NCBI GenBank assembly: GCA_037189645.1
Contig: JBBCIY010000002.1
Span: 460,922-524,921 of the forward strand
From: Crocinitomicaceae bacterium
GTDB lineage: Bacteria > Bacteroidota > Bacteroidia > Flavobacteriales_D > Crocinitomicaceae
Direction: 5' to 3'
Length of the DNA stretch: 64,000 nucleotides
The position numbers were made by a program, and so were the translations under genes. The notes under the pieces are model-generated. The model saw only the letters and a program-made list of their open reading frames with translations. It searched no databases and had not been told where the DNA came from. Position 1 is the first letter of the stretch, and each line of letters begins with the position of its first letter. This document shows, piece by piece, positions 19,350-28,999 of this stretch.

Positions 19350-19841
19350 TTGTCTTTCTATGTAAAAGCACAAAGAGAAACTATGAAACAGGTACAAACA
19401 AATCATAATTTACTGGAGGCCAGAAAAAAGGCGCTGGAAAATGTGGTTAACGGCTCCATACGCCCGCATGGGAAACTCTGGGGAATGGACGTGTTTTCCT
19501 GGGGAAATCCGCATACAGAGCTGATTGCCTCTACCATTCATTCATTTCCTTTCCCGGTCATCTGGCTTGCATCTTCTGAGCTGCTGGCAGCGGTCGTATC
19601 GTTTGATGCGGCTGTATTGAGGAATGCCCACGCGGTCATTTCGTATGCCGGTGGAGCATTGGATGAAGATAAATTCCGTGATGTACCTCATGTTGTTACA
19701 ACAAACGATGTAGAAACAGCGTTTCAGAAGATGAACGAATTGCGTTTGAAAAGAGGTGTTATTTTGTTTTGTCATGCGGGAACGGATGCCGAGCATTATG
19801 AAAATGCATTCAAAGCATACCTTGAACTTCACCAAATATAA
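19350..19841 (+). CDS. Hypothetical protein immediately upstream of ftsW
   Basis: 163-aa ORF (alternative start at 19383, MKQVQ...). Its stop overlaps the ftsW start. No recognisable domain. Confidence 0.4.
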   Translation: MSFYVKAQRETMKQVQTNHNLLEARKKALENVVNGSIRPHGKLWGMDVFSWGNPHTELIASTIHSFPFPVIWLASSELLAAVVSFDAAVLRNAHAVISYAGGALDEDKFRDVPHVVTTNDVETAFQKMNELRLKRGVILFCHAGTDAEHYENAFKAYLELHQI

Positions 19842-21079
19842 TGGACATGGCCGATAATGCAGCAATCATAACATCTAATCCCATATCGGTAAGGCGATTT
19901 TTAAATTACCTCAAAGGTGACCGGGTGATATGGATCATTACATTGCTGATGATGGCATTTTCCCTTGTTACGGTCTTCAGCTTTGTTCCTGTGCTTGTTA
20001 AAGTGGAGGGAGGGACACCGTTTAAGTACCTGTTCAAGCATTTCATCTATATCCTGATCAGCTTTACGGCAATGTTCTGGGTGCACCGGCAGGATCCCAG
20101 GTATTTTTCCCAGGTGTCGAAATTCGCCTTTATACTGGGGATCGGGTTGCTGCTGCTGACGCTTGTTCTTCCCAATGAAGTAAACAACGCAAAACGGTGG
20201 ATCCGCGTTCCGTTCATCGGCTTGACCTTCCAGGCATCTGATTTTGCAAAGCTCGCATTGATCATGTATCTGTCCCGTCAGCTGGTAAAACGCAAGGCGC
20301 AGTTCCTCGACTGGAAAGAAGGTTTTTTGCCGATCGTTGCTCCGATCGTGCTGGTTTGCGGACTGATCGTGAAGGACAATTTTTCAACCGCGGGAATCGT
20401 CTTTATGCTTTCCGTAGCGCTGCTTTTTCTGGGAAAATTTCCTTTTTCACGTCTCCTTGCCATATTCGGAGCGGCCATCGGGGGATTGCTGCTCATTGTG
20501 CTCATTCACAAAGCGCTTCCCGATTTAAACATCCTGCCCCGTTATACAACCTGGGAAAACCGTATCCTGAACCGGATGGATACAGAGAGCAATGTCGTTG
20601 ACAATGCGCAGGCGGTCAATGCCAAACTGGCGATTTACAATGGAAAATTATTCGGGCAGGGAGTAGGAGACGGGAAGCTGAAAGAATTTTTGCCCGAGGC
20701 CTATGCCGATTTTTATTATTCATCGTTTGTCGAGGAATTTGGTTCCATTGCGGCGCTCATATTGGCACTGGCCTACCTGATCCTGCTGTTCAGGGTCATA
20801 CGGATAGGATTGAAATCCGAACATTTATTTGAAACGTATCTATGCATCGGGATCGGGATGCTGATCCTCACCCAGGCGTCTGTCAATATGCTGGTATGCA
20901 CGGGAGTTTTTCCTGTCACCGGGCAGAACATGCCGCTGCTGGCAATGGGAGGGTCTGCGATGATCATGACCTGTGTTTCACTCGGAATGATCCAGTCCAT
21001 TGCGGCAAAACAGGACAAAGGCAGAAAAGCTGCCACGAAAGAAGGTAATGACAACGAATTGATAAACGAAGCAGAATGA
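19841..21079 (+). CDS. ftsW: Peptidoglycan glycosyltransferase FtsW (SEDS family)
   Basis: 412 aa. About 10 TMs and SEDS motifs (RWIRVPFIGLTFQASDFAKLALIMYLS; GGSAMIMTCVSLGM). Confidence 0.9.
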   Translation: MDMADNAAIITSNPISVRRFLNYLKGDRVIWIITLLMMAFSLVTVFSFVPVLVKVEGGTPFKYLFKHFIYILISFTAMFWVHRQDPRYFSQVSKFAFILGIGLLLLTLVLPNEVNNAKRWIRVPFIGLTFQASDFAKLALIMYLSRQLVKRKAQFLDWKEGFLPIVAPIVLVCGLIVKDNFSTAGIVFMLSVALLFLGKFPFSRLLAIFGAAIGGLLLIVLIHKALPDLNILPRYTTWENRILNRMDTESNVVDNAQAVNAKLAIYNGKLFGQGVGDGKLKEFLPEAYADFYYSSFVEEFGSIAALILALAYLILLFRVIRIGLKSEHLFETYLCIGIGMLILTQASVNMLVCTGVFPVTGQNMPLLAMGGSAMIMTCVSLGMIQSIAAKQDKGRKAATKEGNDNELINEAE

Positions 21080-22170
21080 AACGAGTAATCATTTCCGGCG
21101 GAGGGACCGGGGGGCATATTTTTCCCGCTGTCGCGATAGCAGACGAGCTGAAAAGGCAATTTCCCCAGGTTGACATTCTGTTCATTGGTGCGGAAGGTAA
21201 AATGGAAATGGAAAAAGTTCCGCAGGCCGGGTACAGGATCATCGGGTTGCCGATCGTAGGTTTGCAACGAAAGCTGACATTGAAAAACCTTGCTTTACCG
21301 TTTAAGATCATTAAAAGCATGGTGATGGCAAGAAAGACGATCAGGGAATTCGGCCCTGAGGTGGTGATCGGAGTCGGAGGATATGCTTCCGGGCCAACGC
21401 TGAAAACTGCTTCCATGCTCGGAATCCCGACGTTGGTGCAGGAGCAGAATTCCTTTGCCGGAAAGACAAACATGCTGCTTGCAAAGAAAGCGGATCGGTT
21501 ATGTGTTGCTTATGACGGGATGGAAAAATTCTTTCCGGAAGAGAAAATAGTTTTAACAGGAAATCCCGTTCGGCTGGAAGTGACCCGGATTGAAGGAAAA
21601 CGGAGCGAAGCGTTTGAATTTTACGGGTTGGATGCGTCAAAGCCGGCTATCCTGGTGATCGGAGGTTCACTTGGTGCGAGAACACTGAATGAATCCCTGG
21701 CCGGGGGAATTGAAAAATTACAGCAGCAGGGGATTCAGGTGCTGTGGCAGTGCGGTAAATTATACTATGATGAATTGACCAACCGTTTGAAAGGAAAAGA
21801 CTTGAAAGGAATTCACCTGACGCAATTCATTTCCCGGATGGACCTGGCGTATGCGCTGGCAGATGTGATCGTATCCCGTGCAGGTGCGATTTCCGTATCT
21901 GAGTTGTGTCTTGTCCGAAAACCCGCGATCCTGGTTCCTTCTCCCAACGTGGCGGAAGATCACCAGACGCACAACGCGATGGCATTGGTCAGCAGACAGG
22001 CGGCAATTTTGGTGAAAGATATTGACGCAAAAAGTACATTGATTGACGAAGCGATTAAATTAATTAATGATAAAGAATTACAATCGAAATTATCACAGAA
22101 CATTGCACAATTAGGAAAGCCAAACGCGACAAAGGATATTGTAGGGGAAATCTTGAAAATACGAAAATAG
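21076..22170 (+). CDS. murG: UDP-GlcNAc:undecaprenyl-PP-MurNAc-pentapeptide GlcNAc transferase MurG
   Basis: 364 aa. GT28 N- and C-domains. GGTGGHIFPA G-loop and DHQTHNA motif. Overlaps the ftsW stop. Confidence 0.95.
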   Translation: MKRVIISGGGTGGHIFPAVAIADELKRQFPQVDILFIGAEGKMEMEKVPQAGYRIIGLPIVGLQRKLTLKNLALPFKIIKSMVMARKTIREFGPEVVIGVGGYASGPTLKTASMLGIPTLVQEQNSFAGKTNMLLAKKADRLCVAYDGMEKFFPEEKIVLTGNPVRLEVTRIEGKRSEAFEFYGLDASKPAILVIGGSLGARTLNESLAGGIEKLQQQGIQVLWQCGKLYYDELTNRLKGKDLKGIHLTQFISRMDLAYALADVIVSRAGAISVSELCLVRKPAILVPSPNVAEDHQTHNAMALVSRQAAILVKDIDAKSTLIDEAIKLINDKELQSKLSQNIAQLGKPNATKDIVGEILKIRK

Positions 22171-22217
22171 GAGCGTGGTTAAGCTGGAGATACAATAGGA
22201 ATGATCGATTAAACGAT

Positions 22218-22655
22218 ATGCCGAAACGAATCAATATAATACGAATCATTGCTGTCACCGCATTTGTGATATATGTGGTCAGCTTGTTGTTCCCGTATCA
22301 ATATTACAGGGATTACGGTTATTATGAAGAAGGGATTCGTTATTATCCTTCGGGAAAGGGGTATTATTCCGACTATGTTCTTTTTTTGGTCTTCTTTATT
22401 CCTGTACTCGTGTTTTTGCTGGTACGGCATACATTGGCCATGAAAGCCTTTTCATTGATCGCCTGTTCACTATTGTTCGTTTTTGCATGCCTGGCATGGA
22501 GCGAGGATTTTTCAGGAGAATATTCCAAACCCGGAATAGGATTCTATTTATTCTTGCTCAGTGTAGTCACACTGTTGATCCTCTCGGTTATAAAACTTCG
22601 GATACCTGTTCCGAGAAGAATGAGAAAGAACAACGAATTATTGGATGATTTTTGA
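22218..22655 (+). CDS. Hypothetical small membrane protein between murG and murC
   Basis: 145 aa with 4 predicted TMs. No family recognised. Coding-like codon usage. Confidence 0.45.
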   Translation: MPKRINIIRIIAVTAFVIYVVSLLFPYQYYRDYGYYEEGIRYYPSGKGYYSDYVLFLVFFIPVLVFLLVRHTLAMKAFSLIACSLLFVFACLAWSEDFSGEYSKPGIGFYLFLLSVVTLLILSVIKLRIPVPRRMRKNNELLDDF

Positions 22656-22681
22656 TCAGACAGCTAAAAGATTGAAATTGA

Positions 22682-24067
22682 ATGGACATCAGGAAAATAA
22701 ATATCAGTTTAAGTGCTTTTGAAAACATCTATTTCTTGGGAATAGGTGGTATCGGGATGTCCGCGCTTGCCCGTTATTTCAAATCCCTCGGGTGGAATGT
22801 GGCGGGCTATGACAAAACACCTTCTCCTCTGACTGCATCCCTGCAAAGCGAAGGAATTGATGTGCATTACGAAGACCGTAATTCAAGTATCATATCGCCA
22901 TATTGCGATAAGGCGAAAACATTGGTGGTAATAACACCCGCCATTCCGAAAAATATGGGGGAATTACTTCATTTTCAATTCAATGAATTTGAAATTGTAA
23001 AACGCTCCGAAGTGTTGGGGTTGATCACGCAAACGTCGAAAGGGCTTGGAGTTGCAGGTACACACGGAAAAACAACGACAAGCACCATGCTGGCGCACAT
23101 CCTGGACCAGTCGGAAGTCAAGTGTACCGCTTTTTTAGGAGGGATTTCTGCCAATTTCAATTCAAATTTAGTTTTGAATCCGGGGGCTGAATATACCGTG
23201 ATCGAAGCAGACGAATTTGACCGTTCTTTTCTTCGTTTGTCTCCGTTTGCAAGCATTATTACATCTGCCGATCCGGATCACCTGGATATTTACGGCGATG
23301 CGGCTCATTTCAGGGAAGGGTTTGAGTTGTACGCAGGCCTGCATCCTGAAAATGGTATTGTTATTCAGCGTTATGGGTTGAATCTTCCAACTCCGGCAGC
23401 AACATACACGTATGCGGTCGGAAATGCGGAAGCAGATTTTAACGGATATGATCTCAGGTACGAAAATGAGCGTTTTTTAATGAACGTTACGCTGCCCTAT
23501 GAAGGAATGACAGATGTTGAACTGGGAATCCCCGGCTGGCACAATGCGGAAAATGCAGTTGGTTGTATTGCTTTGTGCTATGAGTTGGGACTGGATTTAG
23601 ACACAATCAGAGAAGGTTTACGAACTTTCAGAGGAGTAAAGCGCCGTTTTGAATACATTGTAAAATCGCAGGATTTAATATATATCGACGATTATGCACA
23701 TCATCCGACCGAGATAAAAGCCTTGATCGGTTCCATCCGCCTGATGTACCCGGGCAGAAACGTAACGGGTGTTTTTCAGCCTCATCTGTTTACACGCACC
23801 CGTGATTTTTTCGATGGATTTGCAGAGCAGCTTTCGCGCCTGGATGAAGTGATACTGATGCCGGTATATCCTGCCAGGGAAGAGCCGATTGCAGGTGTTA
23901 CAAGCGATGCGCTGCTCGAAAAGATAACTGCCGGGAAAAAGCAGGTATTATCCCCCGATGAGGTTGTTTCGTACCTATCCGGGAAGAAAGAAGGGGTATT
24001 CCTGACGATCGGGGCGGGAGACATCGACCGGATTGTTGATCGGCTAAAAACAGGATGGAGTGAATAA
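22682..24067 (+). CDS. murC: UDP-N-acetylmuramate--L-alanine ligase MurC
   Basis: 461 aa. YFLGIGGIGMSALA N-domain. P-loop VAGTHGKTTTSTM. Confidence 0.95.
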   Translation: MDIRKINISLSAFENIYFLGIGGIGMSALARYFKSLGWNVAGYDKTPSPLTASLQSEGIDVHYEDRNSSIISPYCDKAKTLVVITPAIPKNMGELLHFQFNEFEIVKRSEVLGLITQTSKGLGVAGTHGKTTTSTMLAHILDQSEVKCTAFLGGISANFNSNLVLNPGAEYTVIEADEFDRSFLRLSPFASIITSADPDHLDIYGDAAHFREGFELYAGLHPENGIVIQRYGLNLPTPAATYTYAVGNAEADFNGYDLRYENERFLMNVTLPYEGMTDVELGIPGWHNAENAVGCIALCYELGLDLDTIREGLRTFRGVKRRFEYIVKSQDLIYIDDYAHHPTEIKALIGSIRLMYPGRNVTGVFQPHLFTRTRDFFDGFAEQLSRLDEVILMPVYPAREEPIAGVTSDALLEKITAGKKQVLSPDEVVSYLSGKKEGVFLTIGAGDIDRIVDRLKTGWSE

Positions 24068-24857
24068 ATGGATAAAAATAGTACTTTGGGTAACTTTCAG
24101 CATCGCTGTTGTTGTGTTGCTTTTCATCACACAGGATGCCCTGAAGAACCTTCCTTTGAAGCCACCGTCCGTGAAGATCAGCGTACATGGAGAAAATTCG
24201 TTTCTGACGGAACAAGAGCTGAAATCACGTCTGGAGCGTAAGAACCTGATCTTTGTCAACCAACGGGTGAAAGACCTGGATCCGGAAAAGGTGGAGCATT
24301 TTATCCGGAGCATGGAAGAAGTAAAAAACGTGGCGGTTTACAACTACCTGGATGGAAGCTGGGACATTGAAATTGAATTGAGAAAGCCCATTGCCCGGAT
24401 TTTCAATACATCCGGACAAAGCTATTTTCTTGATGCCGATGGACATACGATCAGCAGCTCTTCGGAGCACACCGCACGCGTACTCGTTGTGACCGGAATG
24501 ATTCCCGACGGTCCGGGGCAGGAAAGTGTAAACGAAATTATTAACAATGACTCTTTGAAAACTATTCGGAAACTCGATGATGTGTATCGAATTTCGAATT
24601 ATGTTTGCAATGATCCACTAATGCAATCATTAATAGGGCAGATCCACCGGGAAAACAATGGTGATTTTGTTCTGATTCCTTTGGTAGGAGGGCAGAAGAT
24701 TATTTTCGGTTCGGCGTTTTCGGACCAGGAGGTAGCTGAAAAATTTGAAAAATTAAAGATCTTTTACAAAGAAGCGATACCGTACGAGGGATGGAACAAA
24801 TACAGTGAAATTTCTTTAAAGTATGATAAACAGATTGTTTGTAAGAAAAAAGAATAA
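24060..24857 (+). CDS. ftsQ: Cell-division protein FtsQ/DivIB
   Basis: 265 aa. Short cytoplasmic tail, single TM (IVLWVTFSIAVVVLLFI), POTRA-like and beta domains. Dcw position between murC and ftsA. Confidence 0.75.
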   Translation: MNKWIKIVLWVTFSIAVVVLLFITQDALKNLPLKPPSVKISVHGENSFLTEQELKSRLERKNLIFVNQRVKDLDPEKVEHFIRSMEEVKNVAVYNYLDGSWDIEIELRKPIARIFNTSGQSYFLDADGHTISSSSEHTARVLVVTGMIPDGPGQESVNEIINNDSLKTIRKLDDVYRISNYVCNDPLMQSLIGQIHRENNGDFVLIPLVGGQKIIFGSAFSDQEVAEKFEKLKIFYKEAIPYEGWNKYSEISLKYDKQIVCKKKE

Positions 24858-24860
24858 TAT

Positions 24861-26153
24861 ATGTCAAAAGTAGTTGTTGGACTTGATATCGGTACTACGA
24901 AAATAGCTTGTTTCGTAGGAACTCGGAATGAGCACGGGAAGATTGAGATTCTTGCCATGGGACAAGCGGAGTCTCTTGGTGTGGCGCGTGGTATTGTTGA
25001 AAATATCGAAAAAACGATCCAATCCATCAAAACTGCTGTTGAACAGACTCAGGCCAGTATCAGCGGAGAATACGAACTGCAGATCCGGAACGCGTACGTT
25101 GGCGTTGCCGGGCAGCATATCAAGAGCATGCAGCACCGCGGAATGCTGACCAGAAGCAATATTGAGAACGAAATTTCCCAGTTCGACCTGGATGCTTTGG
25201 AAGATGACATGTACAAGATGCTGATGCCTCCCGGGGAGCAGATCATCAAAGTTATCCCAAAGCAATACATCATTGACAACCAGCAGGGCATCAAGGAGCC
25301 GATCGGACACGCGGGTGTAAGGCTGGAAGCCAATTTCCATATCATTACCGGAAACGTGGGGGCATGTACGAATATCATGCGCTGCGCTTCCCGTGCGGGA
25401 CTGGAAGTAAAAGACCTGATCCTGGAGCCGATGGCGTCTGCCGAAGCAGTCCTTTCTGCTGAGGAGAAAGAAGCCGGCGTGGTGCTGGTGGATATCGGAG
25501 GTGGTACGACGGATGTTGCCATTTTTCACGATGGAATTATCCAGCATACAGCGATTATCCCGTTTGGTGGTAACTCCATTACGGAAGACATCAAGGAAGG
25601 GTGTATGATCATGCGCAACCAGGCAGAGCGCCTGAAAGTGAAATTCGGTTCCGCATTGCCGAGCGAAAGCCAGGAAAATGAGATTGTCTGTATTCCGGGG
25701 CTTCGCGGACGTGAGCCGAAAGAGATTTCCGTAAGGAACCTTTCGGGAATCATCAGCGCACGCATGACGGAGATCATTGAGCTGGTAGATTACGAGATCA
25801 TCAATTCAGGATTGAAGAAAAAGCTGATCGGAGGAATTGTGGTAACCGGAGGAGGTGCTCAGCTGAAGCACGTAAAACAGTTATTTGAATACGTTACCGG
25901 AATGGATACCCGCATCGGGTTACCGACAGAGCACCTGGCAAATACGAATGAGCTGGAAAAATTGGCCAGCCCGATGTATTCTACGGGGATCGGACTGGTA
26001 TTGACAGGCTTCAATGATTTAGACCGGAAAAGTCTTGTCAAAGAAGCAAAATCCGACACGGACAGGGTTGCAAGCCAATCTGCGAAACGACGTGGAGGAT
26101 TCTTTGAATCGTTGGTGGAAAAAGGAAAAAGCTGGTTCATGGAAGAAGATTGA
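24861..26153 (+). CDS. ftsA: Cell-division protein FtsA
   Basis: 430 aa, actin-like ATPase (VVGLDIGTTKIACFVG; DIGGGTTDVAIF). C-terminal amphipathic membrane-targeting helix. Confidence 0.95.
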   Translation: MSKVVVGLDIGTTKIACFVGTRNEHGKIEILAMGQAESLGVARGIVENIEKTIQSIKTAVEQTQASISGEYELQIRNAYVGVAGQHIKSMQHRGMLTRSNIENEISQFDLDALEDDMYKMLMPPGEQIIKVIPKQYIIDNQQGIKEPIGHAGVRLEANFHIITGNVGACTNIMRCASRAGLEVKDLILEPMASAEAVLSAEEKEAGVVLVDIGGGTTDVAIFHDGIIQHTAIIPFGGNSITEDIKEGCMIMRNQAERLKVKFGSALPSESQENEIVCIPGLRGREPKEISVRNLSGIISARMTEIIELVDYEIINSGLKKKLIGGIVVTGGGAQLKHVKQLFEYVTGMDTRIGLPTEHLANTNELEKLASPMYSTGIGLVLTGFNDLDRKSLVKEAKSDTDRVASQSAKRRGGFFESLVEKGKSWFMEED

Positions 26154-26214
26154 TTTCTTTTGAAGCCAAAACTATGAGAGACAATTTAACAACAGACAAC
26201 TAAAAGAAAAGAAT

Positions 26215-27870
26215 ATGGAATTTGATTTGCCAAAAGAAAACTCGTCAATCATCAAAGTAATTGGTGTAGGAGGAGGAGGTAGCAATGCCGTAAATCACAT
26301 GTATAATCAGGGGATTATCGGGGTAGACTTTATCGTATGCAATACGGATAAGCAGGCATTGGACATTTCACCGGTACCTTATAAAATCCAGCTGGGACCA
26401 TCCCTTACGGACGGTAGAGGGGCAGGTTCTATTCCTGAGATCGGTAAAAATGCTGCTGTTGAAAACATTGAGGAAATCCGCGAATTGCTGGCCAACAATA
26501 CAAAAATGGTATTTGTTACTGCGGGTATGGGAGGTGGAACCGGAACAGGGGCCGCTCCGGTAATTGCAGGCGTTGCCAAAGAACTTGGAATCCTTACAGT
26601 AGGTATTGTTACTGTACCGTTCAATTTTGAAGGACGTCGCCGCCGTCAGCAGGCAGAGGAAGGACTGGACGCGATGCGCCAGAATGTCGATGCGTTGCTG
26701 ATCATCAACAACGAACGTCTGCGTGAAGTCACAGGAAACCTGACGATCGGAAACGCATTCGCACAGGCCGATGATGTATTGACTGTCGCGGCAAAAGGAA
26801 TTGCGGAGGTGATTTCCGTAACAGGTATCATCAACACGGATTTGAACGACGTGAATACCGTAATGCGTAATTCAGGTGTTGCGATTATGGGTAGCGCGAG
26901 CGCTGAAGGAGAAAACAGATCGCTGCTTGCTGTTCAGCAGGCCTTGTCTTCTCCGTTGTTGAATGACAATGACATCAGGGGCGCGAATTATGTATTGCTG
27001 AACATCACTTACGGTGATGCTGAAATTACAATGGATGAAATGGCAGAAATCACAGACTATATCCAGGATGAAGCAGGTTCAACGGCCGAGATTATTTTCG
27101 GACACGGTTACGATGCTTCTCTGGGCAACAGGTTGAGTGTAACGGTCATTGCGACAGGTTTTGTTTCTTCGCCGATCACGGGTTTTGAAAAAGCCCCGGA
27201 AAAACAACGCACTGTTCTGGAAGATGAGCCAAAGGCAGAAATAAAAGCACCTTTGACTTCTCCGACAGAATCGAATGTTTGGGGCGGAGCAAAAGAAATC
27301 ACGGCAGAGCAGGAAGAGCCTTTTATCAAAAAAGCGGAAGAGCCGGTTGTCCCTAAGACATCGTTCCCGTCGAATCCTTCATCTTCATCAGCTCCGGCTG
27401 ATACCGTGAAGAAAGTCAACCTGGATGACGAGGTTGTGGAACAGAGCTCAATGAATTTTGACTGGGAAATTGCGAATGAAACTGCTCCGGCAGCTCCTGA
27501 AAATAAAGTAGAAGAAGTTGAAACACCTGTTGTAAGCGAAGTAAAACGCTATACACTGGAAGATGATGAAGTGGAGCAGAAAATAGAAGCAGCTGAGGAA
27601 ACAAAGCAGGTGCTTTCACCGGAAGAGCAGCAGAGAAAGCAGCAGGAGCGAATGAACCGCATTCATGAGTTCACTTCCCGCCTGAAAAAAGCGGATGGAA
27701 TCATCCAGTTTGAAAAAGAGCCTGCATACACCCGTCGTAACATCAATGTGGAGAACGGAGGTAACTACAGCTCGGATTCCAATTCTTCCAGGTTCTCTGT
27801 CGATAAGGACGAAAACGGTGAAACACGCCTGAGAGGAGGAAATTCGTTCTTACACGATAATGTTGACTGA
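26215..27870 (+). CDS. ftsZ: Cell-division GTPase FtsZ with long disordered C-terminal linker
   Basis: 551 aa. Tubulin signature GGGTGTG (AGMGGGTGTGAAPVIA). T7 loop NxDFAD-like region. About 230-aa E/P/S/K-rich linker ending in a conserved C-terminal peptide. Confidence 0.95.
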   Translation: MEFDLPKENSSIIKVIGVGGGGSNAVNHMYNQGIIGVDFIVCNTDKQALDISPVPYKIQLGPSLTDGRGAGSIPEIGKNAAVENIEEIRELLANNTKMVFVTAGMGGGTGTGAAPVIAGVAKELGILTVGIVTVPFNFEGRRRRQQAEEGLDAMRQNVDALLIINNERLREVTGNLTIGNAFAQADDVLTVAAKGIAEVISVTGIINTDLNDVNTVMRNSGVAIMGSASAEGENRSLLAVQQALSSPLLNDNDIRGANYVLLNITYGDAEITMDEMAEITDYIQDEAGSTAEIIFGHGYDASLGNRLSVTVIATGFVSSPITGFEKAPEKQRTVLEDEPKAEIKAPLTSPTESNVWGGAKEITAEQEEPFIKKAEEPVVPKTSFPSNPSSSSAPADTVKKVNLDDEVVEQSSMNFDWEIANETAPAAPENKVEEVETPVVSEVKRYTLEDDEVEQKIEAAEETKQVLSPEEQQRKQQERMNRIHEFTSRLKKADGIIQFEKEPAYTRRNINVENGGNYSSDSNSSRFSVDKDENGETRLRGGNSFLHDNVD

Positions 27871-27922
27871 TTTCCTTTTGCTTAACATTCCCTTCAAAGG
27901 GAAAGAAATTTATAGATAGAAC

Positions 27923-28372
27923 ATGAGTTTTACAGATAAAATTAACGCAGATATCAAAGCAGCAATGCTGGCCAAAGAAAAGGAACGCCTGGCTGCGCTG
28001 CGCGACATCAAATCAAAGCTGCTGCTGGAAGCGACCTCGGGAGGTTCCGGTGAGGTAACGGAAGAAGCGGCTGCGAAAATCGTTTTGAAATTGTACAAAC
28101 AACGGATTGATACATACAATCTGTATGTAGAGCAGGGGAGACAGGACCTGGCAGACGAAGAGCTGTTCCAGGCAAAAGTGATCGAAGAGTACATGCCAAA
28201 ACAGCTGACCGAAGATGAAATCAGGGCTGAAGTAAAGTCCGCAATTGCATCTGTCGGCGCATCTGCCCCATCTGATATGGGGAAAGTAATGGGGGTTCTT
28301 ACAGGTAAACTGGCAGGGAAAGCAGACGGAAAAGTCATCTCTGCTATTGTTAAGGAAGAACTTTCCAGGTAA
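27923..28372 (+). CDS. GatB/YqeY-domain protein
   Basis: 149 aa. N-terminus MSFTDKINADIKAAMLAKEKERLAALRDIKS and the rest match the YqeY/GatB_Yqey family. Confidence 0.85.
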   Translation: MSFTDKINADIKAAMLAKEKERLAALRDIKSKLLLEATSGGSGEVTEEAAAKIVLKLYKQRIDTYNLYVEQGRQDLADEELFQAKVIEEYMPKQLTEDEIRAEVKSAIASVGASAPSDMGKVMGVLTGKLAGKADGKVISAIVKEELSR

Positions 28373-28411
28373 TTTGCATTCTACAAAAAACAACGTATAA
28401 TTTTTTCGTTG

Positions 28412-28448
28412 AAAAGTCGTTCCAACTACAGGGGAGCGACTTTTTTGT
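28412..28448 (+). terminator. Intrinsic terminator after the gatB/yqeY gene
   Basis: AAGTCG (28414-28419) pairs with CGACTT (28437-28442) around a 17-nt loop, followed by TTTTTTGTT. Confidence 0.45.
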
Positions 28449-28465
28449 TATAAAAAAAACAGGCC

Positions 28466-28885
28466 ATGAATAAAGAAACGGAAGGCAAATTAATGGATAA
28501 AAATACCAGGCCGACCAGCATGCGGATCCTGGTGTACGATTTCCTGAATACACAGGAGATTGCGTTGTCTTTATCTGAAATAGAGCACCATTTTGACTCC
28601 GCCGACCGGATCACCATTTACCGGACGCTTAAAACATTTGAAGAAAAAGGGATCGTTCACGGTATCCAGGAAGGAAATACGACCAAATACAGGCTTTGTC
28701 ACGACGATTGTGATGAAAATACCCATAAGGACTGGCACCTGCATTTTTATTGCAAAATATGCAAGCAAACGACCTGTAAGGAAGATGTGGTCATCCCGGC
28801 TGATGTGAGGGGAAAATTCAGAATAGATGAGATCCGCTTTTTCGCGAAGGGAATTTGTGAGAATTGCATAGAGGAAGCGGGCTGA
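28466..28885 (+). CDS. Fur-family metal-uptake/efflux regulator (Zur-like)
   Basis: 139 aa. Winged-helix N-domain (MRILVYDFLNT...ITIYRTLKTFEEKGIV). C-terminal metal sites HDDCDENTHKDWHLHFYCKICKQTTC and CENC. An alternative start lies at 28493. Confidence 0.85.
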   Translation: MNKETEGKLMDKNTRPTSMRILVYDFLNTQEIALSLSEIEHHFDSADRITIYRTLKTFEEKGIVHGIQEGNTTKYRLCHDDCDENTHKDWHLHFYCKICKQTTCKEDVVIPADVRGKFRIDEIRFFAKGICENCIEEAG

Positions 28886-28964
28886 AAATTCGTTTATTGA
28901 TTGGCAATGCTGCTTTCCCGGGAATGATATTCTCATAGCGGAAACAGTGATTAATTCCATACTT

Positions 28965-28979
28965 TGCAATAGTATTGCA
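28965..28979. promoter_or_regulatory. Perfect 7-1-7 palindrome TGCAATA-G-TATTGCA, candidate Fur/Zur-family operator of the P-type ATPase gene
   Basis: Seen directly in sequence, 21 bp upstream of the ATPase ATG and 80 bp downstream of the Fur-family gene. AT-rich dyad of the size expected for Fur-family boxes. Confidence 0.5.
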
Positions 28980-28999
28980 CCTTTCTTCTTCCTACTTTT

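Noticed and set aside
27885-27912. Short hairpin TTCCCTT-CA-AAGGGAA after ftsZ
   Set aside because: Loop too small and stem AT-rich. Not convincing as a terminator, although ftsZ transcription must end before the gatB/yqeY gene.
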